From the NCBI GenBank assembly GCA_022769285.1, contig JALEKD010000039.1, forward strand, positions 25,364 through 89,363: a stretch of DNA of 64,000 nt, written 5' to 3'. The notes below the pieces were generated by a model, which was not told the origin of the DNA, ran no database searches, and worked only from the letters and a program-made list of their open reading frames with translations. Positions 29,265 to 39,467 of this stretch are shown here, piece after piece. Made by a program: the position numbers and the translations under genes. The stretch comes from Prevotella sp. (GTDB taxonomy: Bacteria; Bacteroidota; Bacteroidia; Bacteroidales; Bacteroidaceae). How positions within the stretch are numbered: position 1 is the stretch's first letter; each line of letters begins with the position of its first letter.

Positions 29265-30929
29265 CTAATACTTAAACGAACTGCCACCGAGGAACTCGCG
29301 GAGCAGGCTGGTGGGCGGCAGCTGCCTATAGGATATGGGGTGGAAGTACTTGAGGAACTTGAGCAACCTGTAAGCCTCGGCGTGCTCCTCACAGTTCTCG
29401 GGCACCAGTTCCAAGAGGGGCTCAGCCTGATGCTTGATAACCGCCAGCTCGTAGAGCATGGCACTGTTGAACATGGCATCGGCGTTTTCCTGGTAGGGGA
29501 ATATCCATTTCTCCTCTCCAGCACGCACGCTCGGCCACCGCCGTATGGTTTCCTGGGCGCTGCAACCACGGTACTTGTAGTCGCGGATGATGCGGCGCAG
29601 CAGCCGGTTGTCGGTAGTGGGAATATAGTTGTGCGCATCCAGCAGGATGGTGGTAAGCGCCGACGCATAGACACGGAATTTCTGCGCCTCGGGTATCTGG
29701 GCCGTCAGCTCAGGGTTCAGTGCGTGTATGCCCTCGACCACTAAGATGTCCTGGGGCTTCATGCGGAGTTTCTTGCCACCCTTCTCACTCTTGCCGGTCT
29801 GGAAATTGTACTTGGGAAGTTCCACCTCGCCACCATTGAACAGCGTGGCAAACTGCTCGTTAATCAGGGGAATGTTCAGAGCATAGATACTCTCGTAGTC
29901 GTAGTCTCCCGTGGCGTCGCGAGGCGTCAACTCGCGGTCCACGAAGTAATCGTCGAGCGAAATCTGCAACGGCTTGAGTCCATTGGCCAACAACTGGATG
30001 CTCAAGCGCTTGCAGGTGGTCGTCTTGCCTGACGATGACGGCCCCGCCAGCAACACCAGCTTGACATCGGGCCTTGCGGCTATCTCATCGGCTATCCCGG
30101 CTATCTTCTTCTCCTGCAAGGCTTCGTTAATGTTGATGATGTCGGTAGCAAAGCCTTTGTCTACCGCCTCATTCAAGTCTCCCACGGTCTTCAGGCCCAT
30201 GATGTCCTGCCAGCGGTGGTGCTCCTTGAATATCTCGAACATCTTGCGCTGGTCAGGCATGTCGCACAGCACCGCCGGGTTCTCTGGCGAGGGCACCCTC
30301 AGCAGCATGCCACCGTTAAAGGGTTCCAGCCCGAAGAGGTGTATGTCAGCCGTGTTGGTCATAAGCGCTCCGTAAAAGTAGTCTATGAAGTCCTCTATCT
30401 GGTAGTACACCGTGTACAGGCTGCCCAGCCCATTGAGCAACTTAACCTTGGACATGTCGCCCTTGGCGGTAAACAGTCTGACAGCCTCCTCGGTCGGCAC
30501 CATGTGGCGCTTGATGGGTATGCGCGCTGCGATAATCTCCTCCATCCGGCGGCGTACCTGCTCGGTATCGGCAGCCGTCACCTCGCGTCCTATTCGCATG
30601 TCTACGAAGTAGCCCTTGGACACAGATATGTCTATGCGTACCTCGGCCTGTGGGAAGATGTCATTAATGGCCTTGCAGCATACAAAGAATAAGGTACGCG
30701 TGTACGTGCGCGAACCCGAGTCCGTGTCTATACCCATAAACTCTATGTCCTTGTCATTATAGAGCCTGTAGTGCATGCCCACGACCCTGTTGTTGACCTT
30801 GGCGCATACCGGGGCGTACGCCATTTTGATGTCTGCGACAGAAAAAACTTCAGAAAGTGTGCTGCCAACGGCTACTTTTAAAGTTTTTTTATTATTTTTG
30901 CAACGTAATTGTAGCAACTGTTTCGTCAT
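29265..30929 (-). CDS. nucleoside (uridine) kinase with N-terminal TGS/ThrRS-like domains
   Basis: AGPSSSGKTT, SLDDYF, VEGIHALN and RRIIRD. Confidence 0.88.
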   Translation of the reverse strand: MTKQLLQLRCKNNKKTLKVAVGSTLSEVFSVADIKMAYAPVCAKVNNRVVGMHYRLYNDKDIEFMGIDTDSGSRTYTRTLFFVCCKAINDIFPQAEVRIDISVSKGYFVDMRIGREVTAADTEQVRRRMEEIIAARIPIKRHMVPTEEAVRLFTAKGDMSKVKLLNGLGSLYTVYYQIEDFIDYFYGALMTNTADIHLFGLEPFNGGMLLRVPSPENPAVLCDMPDQRKMFEIFKEHHRWQDIMGLKTVGDLNEAVDKGFATDIININEALQEKKIAGIADEIAARPDVKLVLLAGPSSSGKTTTCKRLSIQLLANGLKPLQISLDDYFVDRELTPRDATGDYDYESIYALNIPLINEQFATLFNGGEVELPKYNFQTGKSEKGGKKLRMKPQDILVVEGIHALNPELTAQIPEAQKFRVYASALTTILLDAHNYIPTTDNRLLRRIIRDYKYRGCSAQETIRRWPSVRAGEEKWIFPYQENADAMFNSAMLYELAVIKHQAEPLLELVPENCEEHAEAYRLLKFLKYFHPISYRQLPPTSLLREFLGGSSFKY

Positions 30930-31007
30930 TGGATAGATTCATTTGATTTACAAGGGCTAAATTAGTAATAATTATCGACTTCTTACAAACATTTGATATA
31001 AAAAAAC

Positions 31008-32717
31008 ATGTCAATTTGGATCTTTTTTAAGCTTATCGGTTCTCTGGCACTTCTGATGTACGGAATGAAATCGATGAGTGACAGTCTGCAGAAGATGGCA
31101 GGCCCTCAGTTGCGTCATATCCTTGGCGCCATGACCACCAACCGCCTCATGGGCATACTCACGGGTACTTTCATTACTGCCGCGGTTCAGTCCTCAACCG
31201 CCACGACCGTTATGACAGTCTCGTTTGTCAACGCCGGACTGCTCTCCCTGGCACAGGCCATCTCGGTCATCATGGGAGCCAATATCGGCACCACCCTTAC
31301 CGCCTGGATAATGAGCGCGGGGTTCTCGTTTAACATCACCGACTTTGTATGGCCGGCTTTCTTCATCGCTATCATATTGATTTACTCTAAGAAGCGGAAG
31401 ATTGCCGGCGATTTCATTTTCGGTGTGTCGTTCATGTTCCTCGGCCTGGGCACCCTGAGGCAGACGGGCATCGACATGGACCTCTCGCACAATCAGGCAA
31501 TACTCGACTTCTTCTCCAGTTTTGCCCCCAATAGTCTGCTCACTACCGTTACATTTCTGCTAATAGGCAGCCTGCTCACCATGTGTGTGCAGAGCTCGGC
31601 CGCCATCATGGCCATCACCATGATACTATGCTCTACGGGTGTACTGCCCATCTACCAGGGCATAGCGTTGGTGATGGGCGAAAATATAGGTACCACCGTA
31701 ACATCGAACGTGGCTGCCCTGACAGCCAACACCCAGGCGCGGCGAGCCGCACTGGCTCACATGGTATTCAACCTCTTCGGTGTGTGCTGGGTGCTCATCA
31801 TCTTCAGGCCCTTTGTCGACATGGTGTGCGGGTTCGTAGACTACGATGAGACCATGACCAAGGGCCAGCCCGGGTTCCTGGCCAATGCGGCCAAGCTGAG
31901 CTTCGTCTTGGCGGCCTTCCACACCACCTTTAACCTGGCCAACACCTTTATACTGGTATGGTTTGTCCCCGTGATAGAGAAGGTGGTCTGCCGCCTTATC
32001 AAGCCCAAGAAGAACGCTGAAGAAGACGACTTCCGCCTGCGCTTTATCCAGACTGGAATTATGAAAACGCCTGAGCTGAGCGTGCTCGAGGCGCAGAAGG
32101 AGATACAGAGTTACTCTGAGCGCATCCAGCGCATGTTCGGCATGGTGATAACGCTGCTCAGCGAGACCGACAGCGAGAAGTTTGTCAAGCTGTTTACCCG
32201 CATTGAGAAGTACGAGGGCATCTCGGACCACATGGAGGTAGAGATAGGCAACTACCTGGACAACGTGGGCGACGCGCACCTAAGCGATGAGACCAAGGCG
32301 AAAATAAGGGCCATGCTGCGAGAGATCAGTGAGATAGAGTCGATAGGCGACAGCTGCTACAATATAGCCCGCACGCTGAACAGGAAGTTCAAGAGCAAGG
32401 AGGAGTTTGTTGCCTCGCAGTTCGAGCATGTCCACCAGATGTTCGGACTGGTAGACAGCGCGCTCACGCAGATGAACACCATGTTCAAGAAGCACAAGGA
32501 AAACTTTGACCCCAACACTTCGTTCAACCTGGAGAACGAGATTAACAACTACCGTAGTCAGCTCAAGACCCAGAACATCAACGACGTGAACACCCACGCC
32601 TACTCGTACGCCTGTGGCACCATGTACATGGACATTATACAAGAGTGCGAAAAACTGGGCGACTATATAGTCAATGTAGTAGAGGCTCGCATGGGTGTGC
32701 GCCAGCACGTGGTGTAA
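31008..32717 (+). CDS. Na/Pi cotransporter family protein with PhoU-like C-terminus
   Basis: Repeated QSS...G(A/E)NIGTT motifs; ESIGD and EKLGD. Confidence 0.92.
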   Translation: MSIWIFFKLIGSLALLMYGMKSMSDSLQKMAGPQLRHILGAMTTNRLMGILTGTFITAAVQSSTATTVMTVSFVNAGLLSLAQAISVIMGANIGTTLTAWIMSAGFSFNITDFVWPAFFIAIILIYSKKRKIAGDFIFGVSFMFLGLGTLRQTGIDMDLSHNQAILDFFSSFAPNSLLTTVTFLLIGSLLTMCVQSSAAIMAITMILCSTGVLPIYQGIALVMGENIGTTVTSNVAALTANTQARRAALAHMVFNLFGVCWVLIIFRPFVDMVCGFVDYDETMTKGQPGFLANAAKLSFVLAAFHTTFNLANTFILVWFVPVIEKVVCRLIKPKKNAEEDDFRLRFIQTGIMKTPELSVLEAQKEIQSYSERIQRMFGMVITLLSETDSEKFVKLFTRIEKYEGISDHMEVEIGNYLDNVGDAHLSDETKAKIRAMLREISEIESIGDSCYNIARTLNRKFKSKEEFVASQFEHVHQMFGLVDSALTQMNTMFKKHKENFDPNTSFNLENEINNYRSQLKTQNINDVNTHAYSYACGTMYMDIIQECEKLGDYIVNVVEARMGVRQHVV

Positions 32718-32767
32718 ATGCCCATGACCACGGGGCGTGCCGTGGCTACCGTCCCTACCCTCCTTAC

Positions 32768-32819
32768 GACCGAAGCCGTATCTGCCCTACCCCTTAGGGG
32801 CGCAGATACGGCTTCGGTC
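32768..32819. terminator. 18-bp-stem hairpin between convergent genes
   Basis: GACCGAAGCCGTATCTGC...GCAGATACGGCTTCGGTC. Confidence 0.7.
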
Positions 32820-32829
32820 TATTATATCC

Positions 32830-33501
32830 TTACTCGATGACCATGACGAAGCCACCACCGGACACCAGGTGTACGTCTACCTGGCCGTCATCGGGCACGG
32901 TCACGGTGTGGCGCTGGTAGTCGGTGGCGCTCACATCGGCATTTACCCCGTCACTCCAAGCCTCGGCCTTATGGCCAGCCACACGGAGCGGTGTCAGGTC
33001 GAGCCGCAGGGTGCGTGGTGTCCATCCTCCGAGGGCCGCCACATACCACCGGCCCGCACACCGACGTGCCACGGCCACATACTGCCCCAGCTGGCACTGC
33101 AGCGGTATGGTCTCGTCCCACACGGTGGGCATCGAAGCGATAAAACGGGTACACTCAGGCTCGCGGTCATAACGCGACGGACTGTCGCAGAGCATGTTGA
33201 GCGGCGAGAGGGACACTACGTACTGCGCCAGTTGGTGAGCACGTGTGCCCTGGCTCATAGGGAAACCAGGACTGTAGGTACGGCGCGTGCCGTTGACCAT
33301 GGCCCCCTGCGTATAGTCTACCGGCCCGGCCACCATGCGTATCAGGGGATGGTTATCGGCCCACAGGCTGTAGGTTATAGCCGTGTCTACATCAATGCGG
33401 ACCGTAAGCCGCCCGTTGGGCGAGGTAAGGGTGTAAGTCTTGGCCCCCAGTGTGGCACACAGGGTAAGCAGCGCCAAGGCTGCCGATAGTCGCTGGTTCG
33501 T
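32830..33501 (-). pseudogene. internally deleted GH97 paralog with probable ATG>ACG start mutation
   Basis: Signal peptide and TSPNG N-terminus joined in frame to the AGPVDYTQGAM...C-terminal part; catalytic KVDF and FEGV segments missing; own TATCTTTG promoter at about 33533-33540. Confidence 0.75.
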
Positions 33502-33624
33502 AAGGGGGATAGATTTAATATTTTTCCTGGTGCAAAGATAAGAAAAAACGGCAACACCAGAAGCCGGGAGGGTATGATTCTTTGTCCCGCAGATACCAAA
33601 GAACGGAGAATGGCCAGCAGCCAT

Positions 33625-33712
33625 CTCCGTTCTAAGTCTTAGGAAGTATGTCTGGAGACTCTGGATGTACATACCGCGGTTGCGTATGTACATCCGCAAC
33701 CTTAGGACCGAG
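33625..33712 (-). repeat. family C 21-bp-period element, copy 2
   Basis: CTCCGTTCTAAG...CTTAGGACCGAG with the same 88-bp core length and GGATGTACAT units as 19747-19834. Confidence 0.75.
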
Positions 33713-33720
33713 CCCGCGGC

Positions 33721-35703
33721 CTACTCCACAGCCATGACGAAACCACCGCCGGGCGCCAGGTGTACCTTGAGCTGTCCGTCCTGCGGTATGGTTATCTGCT
33801 CGCGACGGTAGTCCTCGGCCGTGCGGTCAGCGTTGATACCGTCGTAGAAAGCATCGGCCTTACGGCCACCAATGCGCAGCGGCGAGAGGTCGAGCGTCAG
33901 GTCGCGCGGAGTCCAGTTGGTGAGTGCCCCCACGTACCAACGGTTGCCCTTGCGGCGCGCCACGGCCACATACTGGCCTATCTCGCTCTTCAGGGCTATG
34001 CTCTCGTCCCACACCGTGGGCACACCCACGATAAACTGTGTACATTCAGGCTCCTGCTCATAGCGAGTAGGACTGTCGCAGAGCATGTTGAGCGGCGAGA
34101 GGAACACTACGTACTCGGCCAGTTGGTGGGTACGTGTGCCCTGGCTCATAGGGCGGCTGTTAGAGGGTGCGTAGCTCTTGGGGGTACTATTAATCATGGC
34201 ACCCTGGGTGTAATCCATCGGCCCGGCGAACATGCGGGCGAAGGGAACGGTAACGTCGTAGGTGGTCTGGTCGTACTCCTGCATGGTACACCACTTAGTC
34301 TGCTCCTGGCCGTTGACGCCCTCGAAGTTGATGACGTTAGGATAGGTGCGGTTCAGGCCCGTGGGCTTGTAGGTGCCGTGGAAGTCTATGAGCAGATGGT
34401 ACTTGGCGGCCATGGCGGCAGCGCGGTAGTGGAAGTCGACGATGCGGGCATCGTCGCTGTTGATGAAGTCGACCTTGAAGCCCTTGACACCCATCTCGGA
34501 GTAGTGCTTGCACACGCGCTCCATGTCCTTGTCAAAGGGGTAGTAGCCAGCCCAGAGGATGACGCCCACACCCTTCTCCTTGCCATAGTCGACAATCTCC
34601 TTCATGTTGATGGCAGGAATGATACTGAACAGGTCGTTCTTACGGATGGTAGCCCAACCCTCGTCGAGGAGGATGTACTCGATGCCGTGACGGCTGGCAA
34701 AGTCTATGTAGTACTTATAGGTCTGGGTGTTGATGCCAGCACGGAAATTAACCTTGTAGATACCCCAGTCGTTCCACCAGTCCCAGGCCACCTTGCCTGG
34801 TCTAATCCACGAGGTGTCGCTCACACGGCTGGGCGAGGCCAGGCGATACACCATATCATTGTCCAGGAGCTGGCCGTCGGCTGTGGCGTAGGCGATAATG
34901 CGCCAGGGGAAAGCCTGCTGAGGGCGACTCTTGACGAGGTAGTTCTCGCGGCCGGTGGGCAGTTGCTCCAATTTGCGGTAGCCGCCTATCTTGATGCCGC
35001 TGGGATAAGGGGCCGACACGCCCTTGATGCAGGCAGTCTTGCCGTCGCCTATCCAGAACTGGCCGGGATAGTTCTCGACATCGCTCTCGGCCACGCAGAG
35101 ACGGCGGCCGCCGTCGGCCTCAACAATAAGTGGACTGAAGATGAGCTGGGTGGGCTTGAGCTGCGACAGCTGAGTGTGGGTATAGCCGTTCTCGAACGAG
35201 TTATGCAGCTGGTCTTCGCGGTCGCCCTTGTCGCGCACATAGGGAATGTAGGCGTTCCAGTCTTTGGCAAAGCGTATCTCGGCCTGCTCGTCTACGATGG
35301 TCACCACGCGCTTCTGGGTAGAGGCAAAGCGGTAAGCCATGCCCTCGTCGTAGAGGCGGAAGATAAGGGCGAAACCGTCCTTGAACTGCAGCAGCAGCTG
35401 GTTGTAATCATCGGTCACCGTGGCGCGCTTATAGGCAAACGCCTTGATGGTGCCCTTGTGGGCCGAGGTGGTGGCGCGGCGCAGGGCCGAACCCTCGCCC
35501 CATGTACCGCGGTCGGTCTTCATGGCTATGGCCGATGGGGCCACTAAGGCCACGTCGCCGGCCTGCAGCGAGTAGGTAATAGACTTGCCCACCGCTATCT
35601 TGGCGGTAAGCTGTCCGTTGGGCGACGACACGGTGTAGTCCTTGGCCATAAGGACGGTGCCGGCGGTGAGCAGCATCAGGGCTGCCATCATCATTCTTTT
35701 CAT
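33721..35703 (-). CDS. glycoside hydrolase family 97, retaining-type motif
   Basis: WIRPGKVAWDWW, LDEGW, GFKVDF, DFHG, NFEGV and GPMDYTQG; signal peptide. Confidence 0.93.
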   Translation of the reverse strand: MKRMMMAALMLLTAGTVLMAKDYTVSSPNGQLTAKIAVGKSITYSLQAGDVALVAPSAIAMKTDRGTWGEGSALRRATTSAHKGTIKAFAYKRATVTDDYNQLLLQFKDGFALIFRLYDEGMAYRFASTQKRVVTIVDEQAEIRFAKDWNAYIPYVRDKGDREDQLHNSFENGYTHTQLSQLKPTQLIFSPLIVEADGGRRLCVAESDVENYPGQFWIGDGKTACIKGVSAPYPSGIKIGGYRKLEQLPTGRENYLVKSRPQQAFPWRIIAYATADGQLLDNDMVYRLASPSRVSDTSWIRPGKVAWDWWNDWGIYKVNFRAGINTQTYKYYIDFASRHGIEYILLDEGWATIRKNDLFSIIPAINMKEIVDYGKEKGVGVILWAGYYPFDKDMERVCKHYSEMGVKGFKVDFINSDDARIVDFHYRAAAMAAKYHLLIDFHGTYKPTGLNRTYPNVINFEGVNGQEQTKWCTMQEYDQTTYDVTVPFARMFAGPMDYTQGAMINSTPKSYAPSNSRPMSQGTRTHQLAEYVVFLSPLNMLCDSPTRYEQEPECTQFIVGVPTVWDESIALKSEIGQYVAVARRKGNRWYVGALTNWTPRDLTLDLSPLRIGGRKADAFYDGINADRTAEDYRREQITIPQDGQLKVHLAPGGGFVMAVE

Positions 35704-35847
35704 GCTTGGTATGTTTTATATTAACTTGGTATTACGAATAGTCTCTACAAAATTAGTGTAAACCAAGTGAAATACAAAACAAATCAGCCTTTTTTATTGT
35801 CAGGGAGCCCACTTTGTCCCCTCTGCCCACCGCCGGCCGCCCCGCGA

Positions 35848-37089
35848 TTAGCGGGCTATGTACTTCTTGCCGTTCTGGATGTACACACCGCCATGGACGG
35901 GTGTGTACACACACTGGCCGCCTATATTATACAGCGGAGCAGCAGTGGCGGGAGCCTCATCGGCTGTAACACAGCCAATGCCGGTAGTGCTGCTGGTGCC
36001 TATCATCACGGTAACATCATCAGCCGTAGCAGTAGAGGGCAGCGTGAAGTAGGCGCGGAGACCGGGCAGCGAGTAGAGGTTATTGGTCTTGGTCACCTCG
36101 GCCAGCGTACCATCGGCCTGGATGACCACCATCTTGGTAAGAAGCGACACAGGACTGGTGGTGCCTACAAAGGAGTAAGCGCCGTGCATGACGATGGGGT
36201 TGGAGATGAGTTTCATGGTGACGCCCTGGACAATGGGATTGTCCACGGCCTGGGTGGGCAGTACCAGGTAGGGCTTGCCGGCCTCGATGTTATCGGTCAG
36301 CACAAAGTTGAGGGTCTTCTTGCCGAGGGGAGCACTCTCGAAACGGGCCAAGCGGGCTCCGGTGCCAAACACCTCGGTAACCTGTTGCGCGGTGAGGTCA
36401 AAGGGCAGGCACACCGAGTTCCACTCGCCGTCAGTCATGGTGCGGCCCAGCACCACGTCGACCACCTTATTATTATAGCGGGTCATGGTGGCCAGGTTGT
36501 TCTTGGCCTCGTCTATGCTCACCATCTCGGTAAGGGTTACGTCATCGAGCAGCAGGGCCTTGAAGGCATCGGGATTGGTAAAGGACAGCTGGGTCTTGGA
36601 CGTGCAGTTCTTCAGAATAAAACTGAAGGCCCCGAACTCCTTATTGGGCAGATTTACAATAACCGCGTTACCACCGACGCCCACTATCTCGCCCCCGTTC
36701 ATCACGGTTATCTTCAGACGGGTCTTGGACTTGATGGTGGCGCCGGCACGAAATGTGAGCACAGCAGCGCCCTTGAGCTTGGTGAGTGCCGGAGACACCA
36801 GGTTGCCAGTGGTGCCTATGACCACGCACTTGTAGGCCGGACGCACGTCGGTAATGCCGTGCTTCCATCCCTCGTTGATGGCTCCGTCGGTGCCAAACTG
36901 GCGTCCGTCTATGCTATACGATATAGACCAGTTGCCATCGTTTCCGCCCTTGCCGGCCATGTTATCAAATGTTTCGTAAAAGAGTGTGTCTTCCTGAACA
37001 GTTGTCGACGCGTCATCGCGTACCTGTGCCTGCACGCCCAAGCCAGCCACTGCCAGCACGGCGAGCATGAATACCTTAATGTTTGTCAT
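35848..37089 (-). CDS. secreted hypothetical protein with Prevotella-type T9SS C-terminal signal
   Basis: Signal peptide MTNIKVFMLAVLAVAGLGVQA; WNSVCLPF; ends TGI...YNIGGQ...GVYIQNGKKY. Confidence 0.8.
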   Translation of the reverse strand: MTNIKVFMLAVLAVAGLGVQAQVRDDASTTVQEDTLFYETFDNMAGKGGNDGNWSISYSIDGRQFGTDGAINEGWKHGITDVRPAYKCVVIGTTGNLVSPALTKLKGAAVLTFRAGATIKSKTRLKITVMNGGEIVGVGGNAVIVNLPNKEFGAFSFILKNCTSKTQLSFTNPDAFKALLLDDVTLTEMVSIDEAKNNLATMTRYNNKVVDVVLGRTMTDGEWNSVCLPFDLTAQQVTEVFGTGARLARFESAPLGKKTLNFVLTDNIEAGKPYLVLPTQAVDNPIVQGVTMKLISNPIVMHGAYSFVGTTSPVSLLTKMVVIQADGTLAEVTKTNNLYSLPGLRAYFTLPSTATADDVTVMIGTSSTTGIGCVTADEAPATAAPLYNIGGQCVYTPVHGGVYIQNGKKYIAR

Positions 37090-37313
37090 TCTTGTTAATT
37101 TAATGAATAATAGTGAGAAAAAGACAGGCTGCACCTCGGCCATCAGAGCGAGTTACAGGCGCACGTGTGGCGCTGTCTCTGCAAAAAACGGTGCAAAATT
37201 ACGCTGATTTTTTGATGTCCACAAATGATTTGGCAACTTTTTCGGCATCATAGGTAATGGTTTACAGTATTTTCGCGCGTCTATACACCAACCGCGCATG
37301 GGCGGACACACCG

Positions 37314-37898
37314 CTACTGATAGTAACGCTGTACCAGGGAGAGAATGGCGGGGGGCACCAGGGCGGCCACTGGCTGGCCGGCGCGTACCCGCTGGCGTAT
37401 CAGGGTACTGCTTATGGGATAGAGCGACGACGGCACGTACACCACATGGGGCGGCAGCGACTCGGGGCGCACCTCGTAGCCCTCACGGGGATAGACAGCC
37501 ACGCGGTACTGGGCCACGATGTCTTGGGCGTGGGCCCAACGGTCAAAGGCGAGCCAGTTATCGGCACCGATAAGCAGGGTAAAGCGGGCGCTGGGATAAC
37601 GGGCAGACAGGTGGCAGAGGGTGTTATACATATAGGAGGGACGGGGCAGGTGAAACTCGCAGTCGCTGGCCCTAAGACCGGGCTCATCGCGCAGCGCCAA
37701 GGCCACCATCTGATAGCGCAGATGGTCATCGAGCAGGTCGGAAGCGGTGGTCTTAAACGGGTTGAGGGGCGATACGACAAACCACACCTCGTCCAAACGA
37801 AGTGTGGTTAACAGCTGGCGGGCCAAGGCTATGTGGCCCACGTGAATGGGGTTGAACGAACCACCAAAGATGCCTATCTGCCTAACAGGGGGCTCCAT
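37314..37898 (-). CDS. nadD: nicotinate-nucleotide adenylyltransferase
   Basis: GGSFNPIHVGH, IGADN and ISSTLIR. Confidence 0.95.
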   Translation of the reverse strand: MEPPVRQIGIFGGSFNPIHVGHIALARQLLTTLRLDEVWFVVSPLNPFKTTASDLLDDHLRYQMVALALRDEPGLRASDCEFHLPRPSYMYNTLCHLSARYPSARFTLLIGADNWLAFDRWAHAQDIVAQYRVAVYPREGYEVRPESLPPHVVYVPSSLYPISSTLIRQRVRAGQPVAALVPPAILSLVQRYYQ

Positions 37899-37903
37899 GA
37901 TAC

Positions 37904-38503
37904 TTAGAGAGAGGATAAGGGCTGAGCCACAAACTGACTTACCAAGCGGTAGACCTCTGCCTTGGCTTTCTCCAGGTTGTCATTGACCACCACGTGGTCA
38001 AAGCGGGGCGCGAAGGTAAGCTCATAGGCGGCTTTGCCGATGCGTTGCTCGATGGCCTCAGCACTGTCGGTACCGCGCGAGACAAGGCGGTGGCGCAACT
38101 CGTCGACCGAGGGCGGCTGGATGAAGATGCTGAGTGCGCGCGAGCCGTAGAATTCCTTGATGTGGCAACCGCCCTTGACATCGACGTCAAAGAGGACATT
38201 CTCGCCACGCTGAGTCTGGGTGTCGACCTGGCTCTTGAGGGTGCCATAGAAACGGCCAGGGTACACTTCCTCGTATTCCAGGAACTCGTCGGCCGCTATG
38301 CGCGCCCGGAACTCATCTGGGGTAAGGAAGAAGTACTCAACCCCATTCTGCTCGGTACCGCGGGGAGCCCGCGAGGTACAACTGATGGAAAAAGCAAGGT
38401 TCAGTTCGGGATGGGCAGCCATGAGCCACTGTACCAGCGTACTCTTGCCCGAACCTGAGGGGGCACAGAATATAATAAGTTTGCCTGTGGTAGTGTCAGT
38501 CAT
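37904..38503 (-). CDS. gmk: guanylate kinase
   Basis: APSGSGKST, SCTSRAPR and YGT. Confidence 0.96.
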   Translation of the reverse strand: MTDTTTGKLIIFCAPSGSGKSTLVQWLMAAHPELNLAFSISCTSRAPRGTEQNGVEYFFLTPDEFRARIAADEFLEYEEVYPGRFYGTLKSQVDTQTQRGENVLFDVDVKGGCHIKEFYGSRALSIFIQPPSVDELRHRLVSRGTDSAEAIEQRIGKAAYELTFAPRFDHVVVNDNLEKAKAEVYRLVSQFVAQPLSSL

Positions 38504-38505
38504 AA

Positions 38506-39381
38506 TCAGAGTGCATTAAGGACTTGTTCTTTAATCTGCTCGAGTTCATCTTTCATCTTAACGACGATGTTCTGCATCTCGGCCTGATTGCTTTTAGAAC
38601 CGGTGGTGTTAATTTCGCGTCCCATTTCTTGGGCAATAAAACCGAGCTTCTTACCATTAGGCCGCTCCTCGCCCATAGTCTCACGGAAATAGTTAAGGTG
38701 GTTGGCCAGGCGCTGCTTTTCCTCGCTGATATCGAGCTTCTCAATGTAGTAGATGAGCTCTTGCTCCAAGCGGTTCTTATCGTAGTTGGCCTCGGGGAGC
38801 ATTTCAAGTCCCTTAACAATCTGTTCGCGTATCTTCTGGACGCGGGCCTTCTCGTAGGGTTCGATGCTGGCCAGCAGGTGCTCGATGTTATCTACTTTCT
38901 CATTGAACTTGCGCTCTAAGGCGGCTCCCTCCTGACGGCGGAAAGCCAGGAGCGCGTCGACGGCACTGTCTATGGCTTGGCGTACCACGGCCCACTCGTC
39001 ATCGCTCAGTACCGGCGTCTCTACCTTGGTGGTTACGTCGGGCATGCGGAGCAACGTGTAGAACCAGTCGGCCGGCTCGGGTATGCCCGTGCGGGCTGCT
39101 ATGTCCTTAATCTGGTGATAGTAGTTCTCCACAAGGGCCGCGTTGATGGCCGAAGCCTCTGTGAGTTCGTCCTTCTCTATCCACACCGAGAAGTCGACCT
39201 TGCCCCGCACCAGCTTGGCCGTAAGCATCTGGCGTATCTCCATCTCCTTTTCGCGGTAGAGCGGCGCTATACGTGTAGAGAGGTCCATCGTCTTGCTATT
39301 CAGAGACTTTATCTCAACATTAATTTTCTTTTCACCATAGGAAAGGACGGCCTTGCCGTAGCCCGTCATAGACTGTATCAT
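38506..39381 (-). CDS. yicC: YicC/YloC family endoribonuclease
   Basis: MIQSMTGYG, EKLDISEE, QEMGREINTTGSK and EQIKEQVLN. Confidence 0.94.
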   Translation of the reverse strand: MIQSMTGYGKAVLSYGEKKINVEIKSLNSKTMDLSTRIAPLYREKEMEIRQMLTAKLVRGKVDFSVWIEKDELTEASAINAALVENYYHQIKDIAARTGIPEPADWFYTLLRMPDVTTKVETPVLSDDEWAVVRQAIDSAVDALLAFRRQEGAALERKFNEKVDNIEHLLASIEPYEKARVQKIREQIVKGLEMLPEANYDKNRLEQELIYYIEKLDISEEKQRLANHLNYFRETMGEERPNGKKLGFIAQEMGREINTTGSKSNQAEMQNIVVKMKDELEQIKEQVLNAL

Positions 39382-39467
39382 AGTTGTTACGCGTAAAATT
39401 TCTGCAAAAGTAACAAAAATGTAGGAAAAAAGCCGTAAATTTGCAGTTATTTAGAATAATATTTATC

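Noticed and set aside
28981-29268. 95-aa ORF over the family A element (also 46595-46810 and 19766-19999)
   Set aside because: These are open only because 21-bp repeats keep the frame; they coincide with non-coding repeats
29265-30929. ThrRS-like/TGS plus uridine kinase fusion as a novelty
   Set aside because: Widespread known architecture in Bacteroidetes and Firmicutes
33502-33699. N-terminal extension of the 32830-33699 ORF
   Set aside because: It starts inside the family C repeat and crosses a promoter; the true signal peptide begins near 33501
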